Assembly: GCF_051105105.1 (NCBI RefSeq)
Contig: NZ_CP185339.1
Strand: one strand, 5' to 3'
DNA length: 64,000 nucleotides
Source: Nannocystis pusilla
Lineage (GTDB): Bacteria; Myxococcota_A; Polyangia; Nannocystales; Nannocystaceae
Under the pieces are notes generated by a model. That model had not been told where the DNA came from and searched no databases. It worked only from the letters and a program-made list of their open reading frames with translations. Each line of letters starts with the position of its first letter. Positions within the stretch are counted from its first letter, which is position 1. A program made the position numbers and the translations under genes. Positions 29,707-38,742 of the stretch are shown piece by piece.

Positions 29707-30231
29707 ATGTCAAGACCCATCGTCCGTCAGTTCATGTCCCCCAGCCCTGTGATCATCGACGGCGGCCTCACGCTCAGCGACGCCGCCGCGCGCATGTTCC
29801 AGATCCATGCGCGCCACCTGCCGGTGTACACGTCGGGCCACTTGGTCGGCATCCTGAGCGACCGGGACATCGCGCAGATGGCGACGTACCGCGGCCTCGA
29901 TCCCGACAAGTGCACCGCGGAGCAAGCGTGCAGCCCGAACCCGTACGTCTGCGATCCCGAGGCGCCGCTCGAGGAGGTCGCGCAGACGATGGCCGATCAC
30001 AAGTACGGCGCCGTCCTGGTGATGCGGGACGGCGCGCTGCTGGGGATCCTCACCGTCGTCGACGCGCTCCAGGCGTTGGCCGGGCAGCTGCGCTGCGAAG
30101 AGGCCCGCCGCTGCGACCCGCAGCACGACTGGACGGTGATCGCGGTGGGTCGGAGCAGCGCCATCGTCGTCAAAGAGCCGGGCACCGCGAGCCTCTCGGA
30201 GGAGGCGCGCCCCTCGGCGGACGGAGGGTGA
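29707..30231 (+). CDS. CBS-domain protein
   Basis: Two CBS-like units ('HLPVYTSGHLVGILSDRDI', 'YGAVLVMRDGALLGILTVVDA'). Confidence 0.75.
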   Translation: MSRPIVRQFMSPSPVIIDGGLTLSDAAARMFQIHARHLPVYTSGHLVGILSDRDIAQMATYRGLDPDKCTAEQACSPNPYVCDPEAPLEEVAQTMADHKYGAVLVMRDGALLGILTVVDALQALAGQLRCEEARRCDPQHDWTVIAVGRSSAIVVKEPGTASLSEEARPSADGG

Positions 30232-30320
30232 CGGCGGGGCCGCCGGCCGGGCCCCACGACCCTCGATCGGCCCCCTCGAATCGTAGCACCGCGCGCCGAG
30301 CCTGGCGGAAGCGGCCGAAC

Positions 30321-32375
30321 TCAGGTCGGCTCACCGGGCTGCGGCGGACCGATCCGGTACGGCCGCATCATCTCGTTGTCCTCGTGCTCGACAATGTGGC
30401 AGTGCCACACGAATTGTCCGGGCTGTCCGAATGTCATCTTCACCCGCGTCACCTGTCCCGGATATGCGATGACCGTGTCCTTGAAGCCCCTCTCCCATGG
30501 CTCCGCCGGCGTCGGCGACGAGCCGGGCTCGACCATCACCGTCTGAGCGGCCTCATCGACGAGGATGGCCTGACGGTCGACCACCGTGAACACGCGCTCG
30601 TGGATATGCATCGGATGAGCGTCGCCGGTGGCGTTGTAGAACTCCCACACCTCCGTGGCCCCGACGGCAGGGTTCTCGGTGACCGCCTCGTCCCAGTGCT
30701 GCGAGGTCCACCCCGCCGGCGCCATCGAGGGATCGCCCGCCACCGTGCCCAGCAACGCCTCGCTCGGAGCGCCGGGAAAGACCATCGACATCTCCTCGAG
30801 CAGCGCGAGCCTGCGCGTCACCGCCGCTGGCGGCAGGACGGGGAGAGCCGGCAATTCGAGGAACTCCGGCGGCGTCGTCGGGTCGCGCCGCTGGGCCGGG
30901 ACGACCCGGAATTGCAGCACTTGCCCCGTCGTGCCCGCGTCGGCCGGCGGAAAGTCCACCCCTGGGATCCCGCCGGCGAAGGGTTCGTCCGGCCCGATGT
31001 TGTGGAGCAGGTGCTCCCCGGCCGGCACGTCGGCGAAGTCGACGATGCAGTCCGCTCGCTCGGCCGGCCCGAGGATGACCCGATCGCCGTGATCGTCGGT
31101 GATATTCACCGGCGCCGCGAGGAACCCGCCCTCGTTGCCGATCTGCCACACCTTGATGCCTGGTATGTTGCCGAAGTCCAGGATCAGGAACCGGGACTGG
31201 CAGCCGTTGAGGAGGCGCAGGCGGTAGCGGCGCTGCTCGACGAGCTGAAACGGCCAGGTGTTGCCGTTCACCATCATGGTGTTGCCGAAGAACTCTGGGT
31301 TCCAGATCGGCGAGACATCGCTCTCGGGGATGTAGGGCCCGGTTATGCCGTCGAAGAAGGCGCGAGTGTCGGGGTAGAACAGGCTGCCGTCACTATTGAA
31401 AGAGCGATCCTGGATGGCGAGCGGGATCTCGTAATACGTGGCGTCGGGCGGGTCGTGGGGCGAAGGGGCCGGCCCCGGGAGCGCGGCCTGCTTGCCGGTG
31501 CGGTTGTCCCTCACATCGTCGTCGGGGCCGCCGCGGAGGAGATAGAAGCCCGCGAGGCCCGCGTAGACGTTGAGCCGGGTCATCCCTAGCGCATGGTCGT
31601 GATACCACTTGGTCGACGCGCGCTCCTCGTTGGGGTACTGGAAGGTCGCAGAACCCGGGCTCCACGAGGCGCCGAACTTGGCCTCCGCCTTCGCCGCGAA
31701 GAAATCGTACCACGTGCCTTCGGTGGCGTAGCCCGCGGGAATGTCGTCAGCGACGGGGAGGAACCACGCCTCGGCGTAGCCGTCGCTCTCGTCTCCCACC
31801 CCGACGGCCCCGTGGAGGTGCGTGACGATCGGGATCGGGCCGGTGTACCGGGTCGGGGTCGACGCGAAGCCCGGCCTCGTGTCGCGGGCGGAGACGCCAC
31901 CAGGAGGGTTTGCCCAGTGCAGCGTCGGATCGACCGGCAGCAGATGCGGGAGATAGTCCCCGTCGGCGCTCACCAGTTCGTTGATCCATTTCACACGCAC
32001 CGGCCGGCCCCATTCGGCCTCGATCGTCAGGGCTGGTGAATTGAAGATCGCAGGGCCCCTGCCCTGCACTGCCGCGGGGCCGTAGCTCCATACCGCCGTG
32101 GTCGGGAACCCGGGGGGCAAGATCTGCTGCGACGATGGTCGCACCGCAATCTCGTAATAATCGATGGCCTTGCCGCCCTTGGCCGCGACCCTGCCCGCAC
32201 GCGGCATCACCGGCGGAATGAGCAGCGGGACCTGGTACTTCGGAATGGTGGTGGGCTCCAGGGTCCCGCCCGGGACCGGCTGCGCGAGGGCGCTGCGCAC
32301 CCCGCCCGGGCCGGCGAAGTAGCACATGAAGCCGGTTCCCCCCACGTATTTGATGAATGAGCGTCTGTGTATCAT
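30321..32375 (-). CDS. multicopper oxidase (laccase/bilirubin oxidase/CotA-like), Tat-secreted
   Basis: Tat signal 'MIHRRSFIKYVGG'. Copper-site motifs 'HLHG', 'WYHDHALG', 'HPMHIHERVFTV', 'HCHIVEHEDNEMM'. Confidence 0.85.
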   Translation of the reverse strand: MIHRRSFIKYVGGTGFMCYFAGPGGVRSALAQPVPGGTLEPTTIPKYQVPLLIPPVMPRAGRVAAKGGKAIDYYEIAVRPSSQQILPPGFPTTAVWSYGPAAVQGRGPAIFNSPALTIEAEWGRPVRVKWINELVSADGDYLPHLLPVDPTLHWANPPGGVSARDTRPGFASTPTRYTGPIPIVTHLHGAVGVGDESDGYAEAWFLPVADDIPAGYATEGTWYDFFAAKAEAKFGASWSPGSATFQYPNEERASTKWYHDHALGMTRLNVYAGLAGFYLLRGGPDDDVRDNRTGKQAALPGPAPSPHDPPDATYYEIPLAIQDRSFNSDGSLFYPDTRAFFDGITGPYIPESDVSPIWNPEFFGNTMMVNGNTWPFQLVEQRRYRLRLLNGCQSRFLILDFGNIPGIKVWQIGNEGGFLAAPVNITDDHGDRVILGPAERADCIVDFADVPAGEHLLHNIGPDEPFAGGIPGVDFPPADAGTTGQVLQFRVVPAQRRDPTTPPEFLELPALPVLPPAAVTRRLALLEEMSMVFPGAPSEALLGTVAGDPSMAPAGWTSQHWDEAVTENPAVGATEVWEFYNATGDAHPMHIHERVFTVVDRQAILVDEAAQTVMVEPGSSPTPAEPWERGFKDTVIAYPGQVTRVKMTFGQPGQFVWHCHIVEHEDNEMMRPYRIGPPQPGEPT

Positions 32376-33010
32376 TGGGACATTGCCGCCCCCGGATGCG
32401 CGGCGCAGCGGGACGCTGCTCGCGACGCCAGGGCTCCCCGGCAGAAGTTACCGCCCTCCTCAGTGCCAGCCAGCGCTCGAGATCACCATAGCACACAGCA
32501 CCCGACAGCGCGGCGAATCGCGCGAGCCAAACTCCACGCATGCGTATCCGATAGACGCCGTCGTATTCGCGGTCCTCGGGGCTCCGGCGACGACCGGTAA
32601 GCCATGAGGCCATCGGCCGCCGCGGTCGAACCTGGTGAAACGACCGTACGCCAGCGCGACAGCGCTCCTGGCCAGTGCGCGAACGCTGCATAGCGAAGGC
32701 GAATGCGCTCTGGCCAGGGACCTGATTTAGAGGTGCCGAGCCACCGCTCCGATGGCACCGCGCCCGGCATGCACGCGATCGGGTCCGCTGTGGCGCCCGT
32801 GAGCGGTATCGGCACGAGGCAAGCGGTCTGGGGCGAGTTCACCGGTCCGTCAGCGTGCGCAAGAACGCGACGTGAGCCCGGGCCCCGCTGATTCGGCCGC
32901 CTGCCCGACGTCGGTGGAGAGTAACGAGGCCAGAAACGTCGAAGCCGCGACGAGCATGGCAACCGATCGATCGCCCAGCCGTGGCTCGTCCGCTCGAACG
33001 AGCGACGGGC

Positions 33011-34330
33011 TCATCGCTTCGGCGGTTTGTACCCCGACACGATCGTCCGCTTGCGCCCCTCGAGCTTGTCGAGCTGCGCCGCGAGCCCCTCGCGTCGGGC
33101 GTACGCGCGGGCCAGGATCAGCGCCACGTACTCGCCGAGCGAGTCGGCCGCGATCGTGGCCACCAGCGCCTGGTCGTGGCGGAAGCGGAGCACTGGCGCC
33201 GCGTTCGCCTCCGACTTCGCCCCCGTCGCCAGGAAGAACAGGTCGCCGGACGGATCGCTCCCGAGCGGGATCGCCTTCTTCGCCGGATTGAAGCCACGCA
33301 CGTCGTAGCGCCCGCGGCCGCTCGGCGGGTCGTCGGCCTCCTCCTCGTCCTCCTCGATCGTCTCCCTCATTTCGCGGACCAGCTGGCGCATGCGCGCCGG
33401 CGGCCCGAAGTCGCGCGATCCGAGCGCCGCGTGCGTCGCCAGCAATTGCTTCAATTCCTGCGGCAGCCGGGCGCTCACGTGATTCGCCAGCACCTCGATC
33501 TCGCGCGCCCGCGCCGGCCCTTTCGCCTCCACCTCGGCCGGCGTCAGCTTCCACGCGGTCATCAACGCCAGCGCCTCCGCCACAGTGTGCGGCAACTGCT
33601 TCGGCAGCCTCGCCAGCACGATCCCCGGCGCCATCGCCTTCGGGATGATCTTCGCCCGCAGCAGCAGCGCCCGCAGCCTGTCCGCCCCCCGACCCGAGAT
33701 CGTCGCGGTCGCGGCCACGAGCCGCGCCAGCGCCACCGCAGTCGCCGGCCCGCGGTTCGGCGGGTCCAGCGAGTTCCCGTCCGCCAGCACGCGGAACAGC
33801 AGCCACAGCCGCTCGTCGTTCCACTCGATCTTCATCAGCCCGTCCGCGACCGCCTCGCCGTCCGCGTACGCCAGCAAGCGGCTCACCGCCTCGCCCGCCA
33901 GCTTGAACCCGACCTGGTTGTTCGGGTTGTACTCGCCGAGCGCCTCGATCGCCGCCCGCGTCGTCTGTCGCAGCCCGCTGTCCAGCAGCGCCACCAGCAG
34001 CGGGATCGCCGGCGGCCCCAGCGTCGCCGCCGGCCGGAAGCCGTGCGGCACCCCGAGCGTCTCCGGATGGGCCGCGATCGCCCGCAGAAACGGCCCTGCG
34101 AGGCGTTTCAGCGCCTCGGCGCGGTCGGCCCCCGCGACCTCGAGGAACACGTCGAACGCCTTGAACGCCACGCTGCCGGGTCGCGGCCAGCCCTCGCGGC
34201 ACGCCGGCGCCGCGGCCAGCGCCTCCAGCTCGCCCGTCAACGACAGGGCCGCCTTCGCGTCCCCGCCCGCGGCCGCCGTCGCCAACCCCGTCAATCGCGC
34301 CTCGAGCTCCGCGTACGTCCCGGTCTGCAT
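33011..34330 (-). CDS. protein with an uncharacterised N-terminal helical domain and a C-terminal region that may be SMI1/KNR4 (SUKH)-like
   Basis: C-terminus 'YDVRGFNPAKKAIPLGSDPSGDLFFLATGAKSEANAAPVLRFRHDQALVATIAADSLGEYVALIL' is judged SUKH-like by eye only; no HMM search was run. Start 'MQTGTYAEL' at ~34330; the longer ORF to 34948 is repeat-encoded and overlaps the PAP2 promoter. Confidence 0.55.
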   Translation of the reverse strand: MQTGTYAELEARLTGLATAAAGGDAKAALSLTGELEALAAAPACREGWPRPGSVAFKAFDVFLEVAGADRAEALKRLAGPFLRAIAAHPETLGVPHGFRPAATLGPPAIPLLVALLDSGLRQTTRAAIEALGEYNPNNQVGFKLAGEAVSRLLAYADGEAVADGLMKIEWNDERLWLLFRVLADGNSLDPPNRGPATAVALARLVAATATISGRGADRLRALLLRAKIIPKAMAPGIVLARLPKQLPHTVAEALALMTAWKLTPAEVEAKGPARAREIEVLANHVSARLPQELKQLLATHAALGSRDFGPPARMRQLVREMRETIEEDEEEADDPPSGRGRYDVRGFNPAKKAIPLGSDPSGDLFFLATGAKSEANAAPVLRFRHDQALVATIAADSLGEYVALILARAYARREGLAAQLDKLEGRKRTIVSGYKPPKR

Positions 34331-34407
34331 CCTTGGAGGCCAATCTAGCCCGACCCGGACGTCCTCCGCCAGCGCAGCGCGATCGACGCATCTTCGATCC
34401 CACGAAT

Positions 34408-34784
34408 CACCTGTCCCCAAAGCCATCTGCCTCGGCGCCGCCGGCCCGCGATTGGGCATACTCGGCGGACCGAGCATGTCGCGCTGCCTGTCCCTGGCCC
34501 TGGTCCTCGCCCTCGTCGCCCCGCCCGCGGCCGCCCACCCGCTGGCGCGCGCCCCCGACTTGGGCGCCTGGCAGCCCGCATGGCTCTTTGGACATGGTTT
34601 GAAAGACATGTCCCAGGGGACACCCTCACCGACCTCCCGGACCCCGACCATCGCGCCACCCACATCCGTCCTGGCCGCGGCCCCGGCCCTCCCGCCGCCC
34701 GGTGACATGTCCTCCGGGACAGCCGCCCCCGCCGTCCCGCTCGACCCCCCGTCACCTGTCCCGGAAGACACATCCTCCGGGACC
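34408..34784. repeat. four palindromic elements in the divergent promoter region and in the PAP2 N-terminal linker
   Basis: Copies at 34408-34430 (intergenic), 34589-34618, 34701-34724 and 34752-34784 (in frame). Confidence 0.65.
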
Positions 34785-35621
34785 TCTCCGCCCCCCGTCC
34801 CCACCACCCCCGCCGCCGATCCGTCGCTCCCGCCCGCGCCGCCGGCTCTCCCGCCGCACCTCATGCGCCTGCGACCGGCCGTCGACGTCCCCGTCATCGC
34901 CCTCGGCCTCGTCATGTGGCTCGGCACCAATCTCGCGGCCCGCGACATGCGCTGGTCCGGCTGTCAGGCGTGCGACCGCAGCCACATCAACGGCCTCGAC
35001 AGGCGCGTCCTCGGCAACGAGAGCCTCGCGGCCGCCCACGCCTCCGACGCCCTGCTCTACACCGCGATCGCCGCCCCGATCGTCGCCGACCTCGCCGACA
35101 CCCTCGTCGCCGGCCGCCGCGCCCCCGGCTCCTACCGACACGCCGCCGGCGGCTGGGCCCGCAACGTCGTCGTCCTGTTCGAGGTCCTCGCCGTCAACGT
35201 CGGCCTCAACAACCTCGTCAAGTACGCCGTGCGTCGCCCGCGGCCCTACAGCTACGAGCCCGAGAGCGACCTCGGAGACGTCCAGGCCGAGGAGGCGCGC
35301 CTGTCCTTTTATTCAGGTCACACCTCGACCGCCTTCGCCATGATGAGCGCCTGGGCCACCCTCTTCACCCTGCGTCACCCGCGGGCCCGCGCCGCGGTTC
35401 CGGCCTGGCTGGTCGCCGTCGGCCTCGCCGCCACCACCGGCGTCCTGCGCGTCGAGGCCGGCAAGCACTTCTGGACCGACGTCCTGTTCGGCTCCGTCGC
35501 CGGCACCGCCATCGGCGTCCTCGTCCCGCTGCTCCACCGCAACGATCGCGGCCGACGCTTCTCCGCCGGCATGAGCCCCACCCCGCGCGGCGCCCTCGTC
35601 AGCCTCACCGGCCGCTTCTGA
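34476..35621 (+). CDS. PAP2-family phosphatase (phosphatidic acid phosphatase type 2/haloperoxidase superfamily), secreted/membrane
   Basis: Signal 'MSRCLSLALVLALVAPPAAA'. PAP2 motifs 'KYAVRRPRP', 'SFYSGHTS', 'RVEAGKHFWTDV'. The N-terminal linker holds three in-frame palindromic elements ('KDMSQGT', 'GDMSSGT', 'EDTSSGT'). Confidence 0.8.
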   Translation: MSRCLSLALVLALVAPPAAAHPLARAPDLGAWQPAWLFGHGLKDMSQGTPSPTSRTPTIAPPTSVLAAAPALPPPGDMSSGTAAPAVPLDPPSPVPEDTSSGTSPPPVPTTPAADPSLPPAPPALPPHLMRLRPAVDVPVIALGLVMWLGTNLAARDMRWSGCQACDRSHINGLDRRVLGNESLAAAHASDALLYTAIAAPIVADLADTLVAGRRAPGSYRHAAGGWARNVVVLFEVLAVNVGLNNLVKYAVRRPRPYSYEPESDLGDVQAEEARLSFYSGHTSTAFAMMSAWATLFTLRHPRARAAVPAWLVAVGLAATTGVLRVEAGKHFWTDVLFGSVAGTAIGVLVPLLHRNDRGRRFSAGMSPTPRGALVSLTGRF

Positions 35622-35730
35622 CAGCGCACTATCAGCGACCTCTGCCGCCTCAATCACCGCACCGCGCGATCGACTGCCCGCATTCGCACGCGCGGTGGGG
35701 GCATCGGCCGGCGTGCTAAGCTCCTCGTGC

Positions 35731-36768
35731 ATGCTCGGCGACCGTCGACTCCCTCTCCTGTTCGCGTCGCTCCTCGCCGAGGTCGCTGCCAGCGGGTGCG
35801 GAGCCGACGACCCCTGCACGTACGAACAAGTCACTGCGATCGGCGCCAACCGGCTCGCGCCCTACATCGAGGACGGCAACCTCACTCTGGCCGAGTGCCA
35901 GGTCCTGTGCCCCATGATGGCTTCGCCGGCGGTCCCCGACGAGCCGAGCAGCACGAGCTCGAGCACCTTGACCACCGGCGACACCACCAGCGACCCCACC
36001 TCGACCACCGGCGCCGTCGACGACGACCACGCCCCGCGAATGTCCACCGTGCTCGGTTGCGCCGCCATTCCCGCCAGCAAGAGCGACATTCGCTGCCAGT
36101 ACGAGACCGACTGCAAGGGCGGCCGGCGACCCGCCGGCCTCTGCTCCGCGGGTCGCAGCAGCGGCGACGACCCCATCGCGCGATGGTTCGCCGAGGTCGC
36201 GCACCTCGAGGCCGCCAGCGTCCCCGCCTTCGAGCGCCTCGCCGCCGAACTCCGCGAGCACGACGCCCCCGCCGAGCTGATCGCCGCAGCCCTCCGTGCA
36301 GCGGTCGACCAGGCCCGCCACGCCGACCTCCTCGGCGCGATCGCCACGCGCCTCGGCGGTCGCCCCAGCCCCGTCGAGCTCGCACCAGTGCACGGCCGTT
36401 CGCTCGTCGAGCTCGCGCTCGAGAACGCCGTCGAGGGCTGCGTCGGCGAGACCTGGGCCGCCTTGCTCGCCGCTCATCAGGCGCGAGTCGCCGAGGACCC
36501 CGAGGTCCGCGCCTGCATGATCGAGGTCGCCGCCGACGAGGCTGCCCACGCCGACCTCGCCTGGGCCATCGACGCCTGGATCGCCCCCCGCCTGACCGCC
36601 GACGAGCGGACCCGCGTCCTCACAGCCCGGTCGCAGGCCGCCCGCGACCTCCGCGCTCCGCCTCCGCGCGACCAAGCCCTCGAACGGCGCGCCGGCCTGC
36701 CCGCGCCCGACCTCGCGCGCCGCCTCTGGGAGGCCCTGGACCGCGAGCTCTGGTCCGCAGCCGCCTGA
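35731..36768 (+). CDS. lipoprotein with a C-terminal ferritin-like (DUF455/rubrerythrin-like) domain
   Basis: Lipobox 'LLAEVAASGCG' and a Thr/Ser-rich linker. 'EVAHLEAASVPAFERLAAEL...EVAADEAAHADLAW' are paired E..H ferritin-like motifs. Confidence 0.55.
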   Translation: MLGDRRLPLLFASLLAEVAASGCGADDPCTYEQVTAIGANRLAPYIEDGNLTLAECQVLCPMMASPAVPDEPSSTSSSTLTTGDTTSDPTSTTGAVDDDHAPRMSTVLGCAAIPASKSDIRCQYETDCKGGRRPAGLCSAGRSSGDDPIARWFAEVAHLEAASVPAFERLAAELREHDAPAELIAAALRAAVDQARHADLLGAIATRLGGRPSPVELAPVHGRSLVELALENAVEGCVGETWAALLAAHQARVAEDPEVRACMIEVAADEAAHADLAWAIDAWIAPRLTADERTRVLTARSQAARDLRAPPPRDQALERRAGLPAPDLARRLWEALDRELWSAAA

Positions 36769-37126
36769 ACCCGGCCGAATCGTGGCACCGCCGACGCGAG
36801 CCTCCATCGCCGGAACCATCATCGACGTCGCCCTGCCTCCTCGCGCGAGGAAGCCTCACACGATCGCCTCCGCGAGACGCACGCACGCTGAATCGTGAAT
36901 CGAGTCTGTCGGCGCCAGCCCTGACCGTCGAACAAACGTCCCTGTCGTCGCCACGCCCCGCACCCGGGCGCCGACGCGCGCTTCGAATTTTTTCCACCGC
37001 GGCTGCGACAACGGATTCATCTGCCTGTCATGCCCGCAGGAGGCCGGATCGCGCCAGCGTCGTGCTCGGCGGCGGTCTGCGCCTGCGCCACGCCGCGAGC
37101 CTGCGCGGCCACCAAGGAAATCGTCC

Positions 37127-37906
37127 ATGTCCCTCACGTTCCCGCGTCCTCACGCCTCGCTCTCGCGCCTGCTCCTCTCCGCCTCGCGCCTCGGCCCCGC
37201 GCTGCTGCTGAGCACCGCCGTGTTCGCCCCGCTGGCCTGCGACGACGCGACAGCCGCTCGCGACGACGCGTCCGCGATCGCCCTGCGCGACGGCGGCGGT
37301 TGTCCGTGCGACGGCGGCACCGATCACCTCGGCAACCCTGTGGACACCGACGTCTGCGGCTATCAGGTCTGCGGCGAAGACTTCCAGTACTACGTCTGCG
37401 GCCAGGGCGGCTGGGTCGCCCAGGGCGGCGTCTGCGGCGGCGACGACGGCTGTCACTGCCCCGGCGGCAAGGACTACCTCGGCAACACCGTGAACGCCAC
37501 CGACTGCGGCCATCAGGTCTGCGGCGAGGACTTCCATTACTACGTCTGCGGGCAAAACGGCTGGGTCTCCCAGGGCGGCGTCTGCGGCGACGGCGACGAC
37601 GACGGCGACGAATGCGACTGCCCCGACGGCACCGACAATTTCGGCAACACCGTCCATGCGACCACCTGCGGCGAGCAGATCTGCGGCGAAAACTTCGAGT
37701 ACTACGCCTGCGAGCCGAACGGCTGGGTCGCCAAGGGCGGCGTCTGCGGCGGCGACGACGGCTGCGACTGCCCCGGCGGCAAGGACCACCTCGGCAACAC
37801 CGTGCACGCGACCGAATGCGGCCATCAGGTCTGCGGCGAGAACTTCCAGTACTACGTCTGCGGCCAGGACGGCTGGGTCGCCCAGGGCGGCCCCTGCAGC
37901 GGCTAG
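37127..37906 (+). CDS. secreted protein built from four tandem ~48-aa cysteine-rich repeats (unrecognised domain)
   Basis: Lipobox/signal 'LLLSTAVFAPLAC'. Four repeats of C.CPGG.D.LGNTV.AT.CG.QVCGE.F.YYVCGQ.GWV.QGGVCGGDDG spanning 37305-37905. AGGA ribosome-binding site 9 nt upstream. Confidence 0.7.
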   Translation: MSLTFPRPHASLSRLLLSASRLGPALLLSTAVFAPLACDDATAARDDASAIALRDGGGCPCDGGTDHLGNPVDTDVCGYQVCGEDFQYYVCGQGGWVAQGGVCGGDDGCHCPGGKDYLGNTVNATDCGHQVCGEDFHYYVCGQNGWVSQGGVCGDGDDDGDECDCPDGTDNFGNTVHATTCGEQICGENFEYYACEPNGWVAKGGVCGGDDGCDCPGGKDHLGNTVHATECGHQVCGENFQYYVCGQDGWVAQGGPCSG

Positions 37907-38402
37907 ACGAGCCTTCACCCGGCCGGCGCACCGCACCGCGCCGTCGCCCTCGCCTTCTCGTCGACTACATCGATCGCCTGACCTGCCGCACCCCCGTCAT
38001 GCTGCTCGAGCACGAGCGACGAATCCCCCGGCCCGCTATCACCATTCGTCCTTCTTGCGCTTGCCCGCTGCCCATTGCATACAGCATCGCGGCACCTCTC
38101 CGTCGCGCAACTCGAGCGTCCCGGGTAACCGTCGCTATTCTGGTGTGACTTCCATGGAAGCGAACCACCGGAGCGTGGGCACCCGCCCCGATCTCCCATC
38201 ATGACAATCATGGCACCACCGAGGCCGAGCTCCCCCGAGCCCGCACAATCGTCTCCGTCAGACGCACGCCGCCCGGATCGTGAAATGGCGTCTGTTCGGC
38301 GGCCAGCCCTGGCCGTCGAACAGGCGCCCGCGCTCTCCGCCCGAGCGACCTCTGCATCGAAGCCCACGCCGGCGTGCGGGCCTCTCACGGCTGCAGCCGT
38401 GC

Positions 38403-38508
38403 CAGGGGTCCGGGGAAGCGGCGGCCGCGAATTAGAGGGGGGATGGGCGCGAGGAACGAGAGCCCATCCCCCCGGTTAACTCGCGGCCGTCGCTTCCCCG
38501 GACCCCCC
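38403..38508. repeat. ~105-bp long imperfect inverted repeat (MITE-like or large RNA hairpin) upstream of the giant repeat protein
   Basis: Left arm GGTCCGGGGAAGCGGCGGCCGCGAATTAGAGGGGGGATGGGC, 13-nt loop, right arm GCCCATCCCCCCGGTTAACTCGCGGCCGTCGCTTCCCCGGACC. About 37 of 42 arm positions pair, with a perfect 12-bp GGGGGGATGGGC core stem. Confidence 0.6.
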
Positions 38509-38742
38509 GCGAGGCGCAGTCGGCAATACGCTGACCGCCCGAGCCTCCGCGCAGAAACTCGGCCGAGCCCCTCGCACAGAAACCCCGCGCGACAGCGCCC
38601 CGACGCTCGGGCCCTCCGCCCCCAATCGCCGACCTGCCGTCGCGCCTGCACGCGCGATCTTGCCCACGGTCACCTGTCCGCCCGCAAACCACACGCCTGA
38701 GCGCCGTGGTACCTTGGGCGGCCCCGCTCGCGGCCCACGCCC

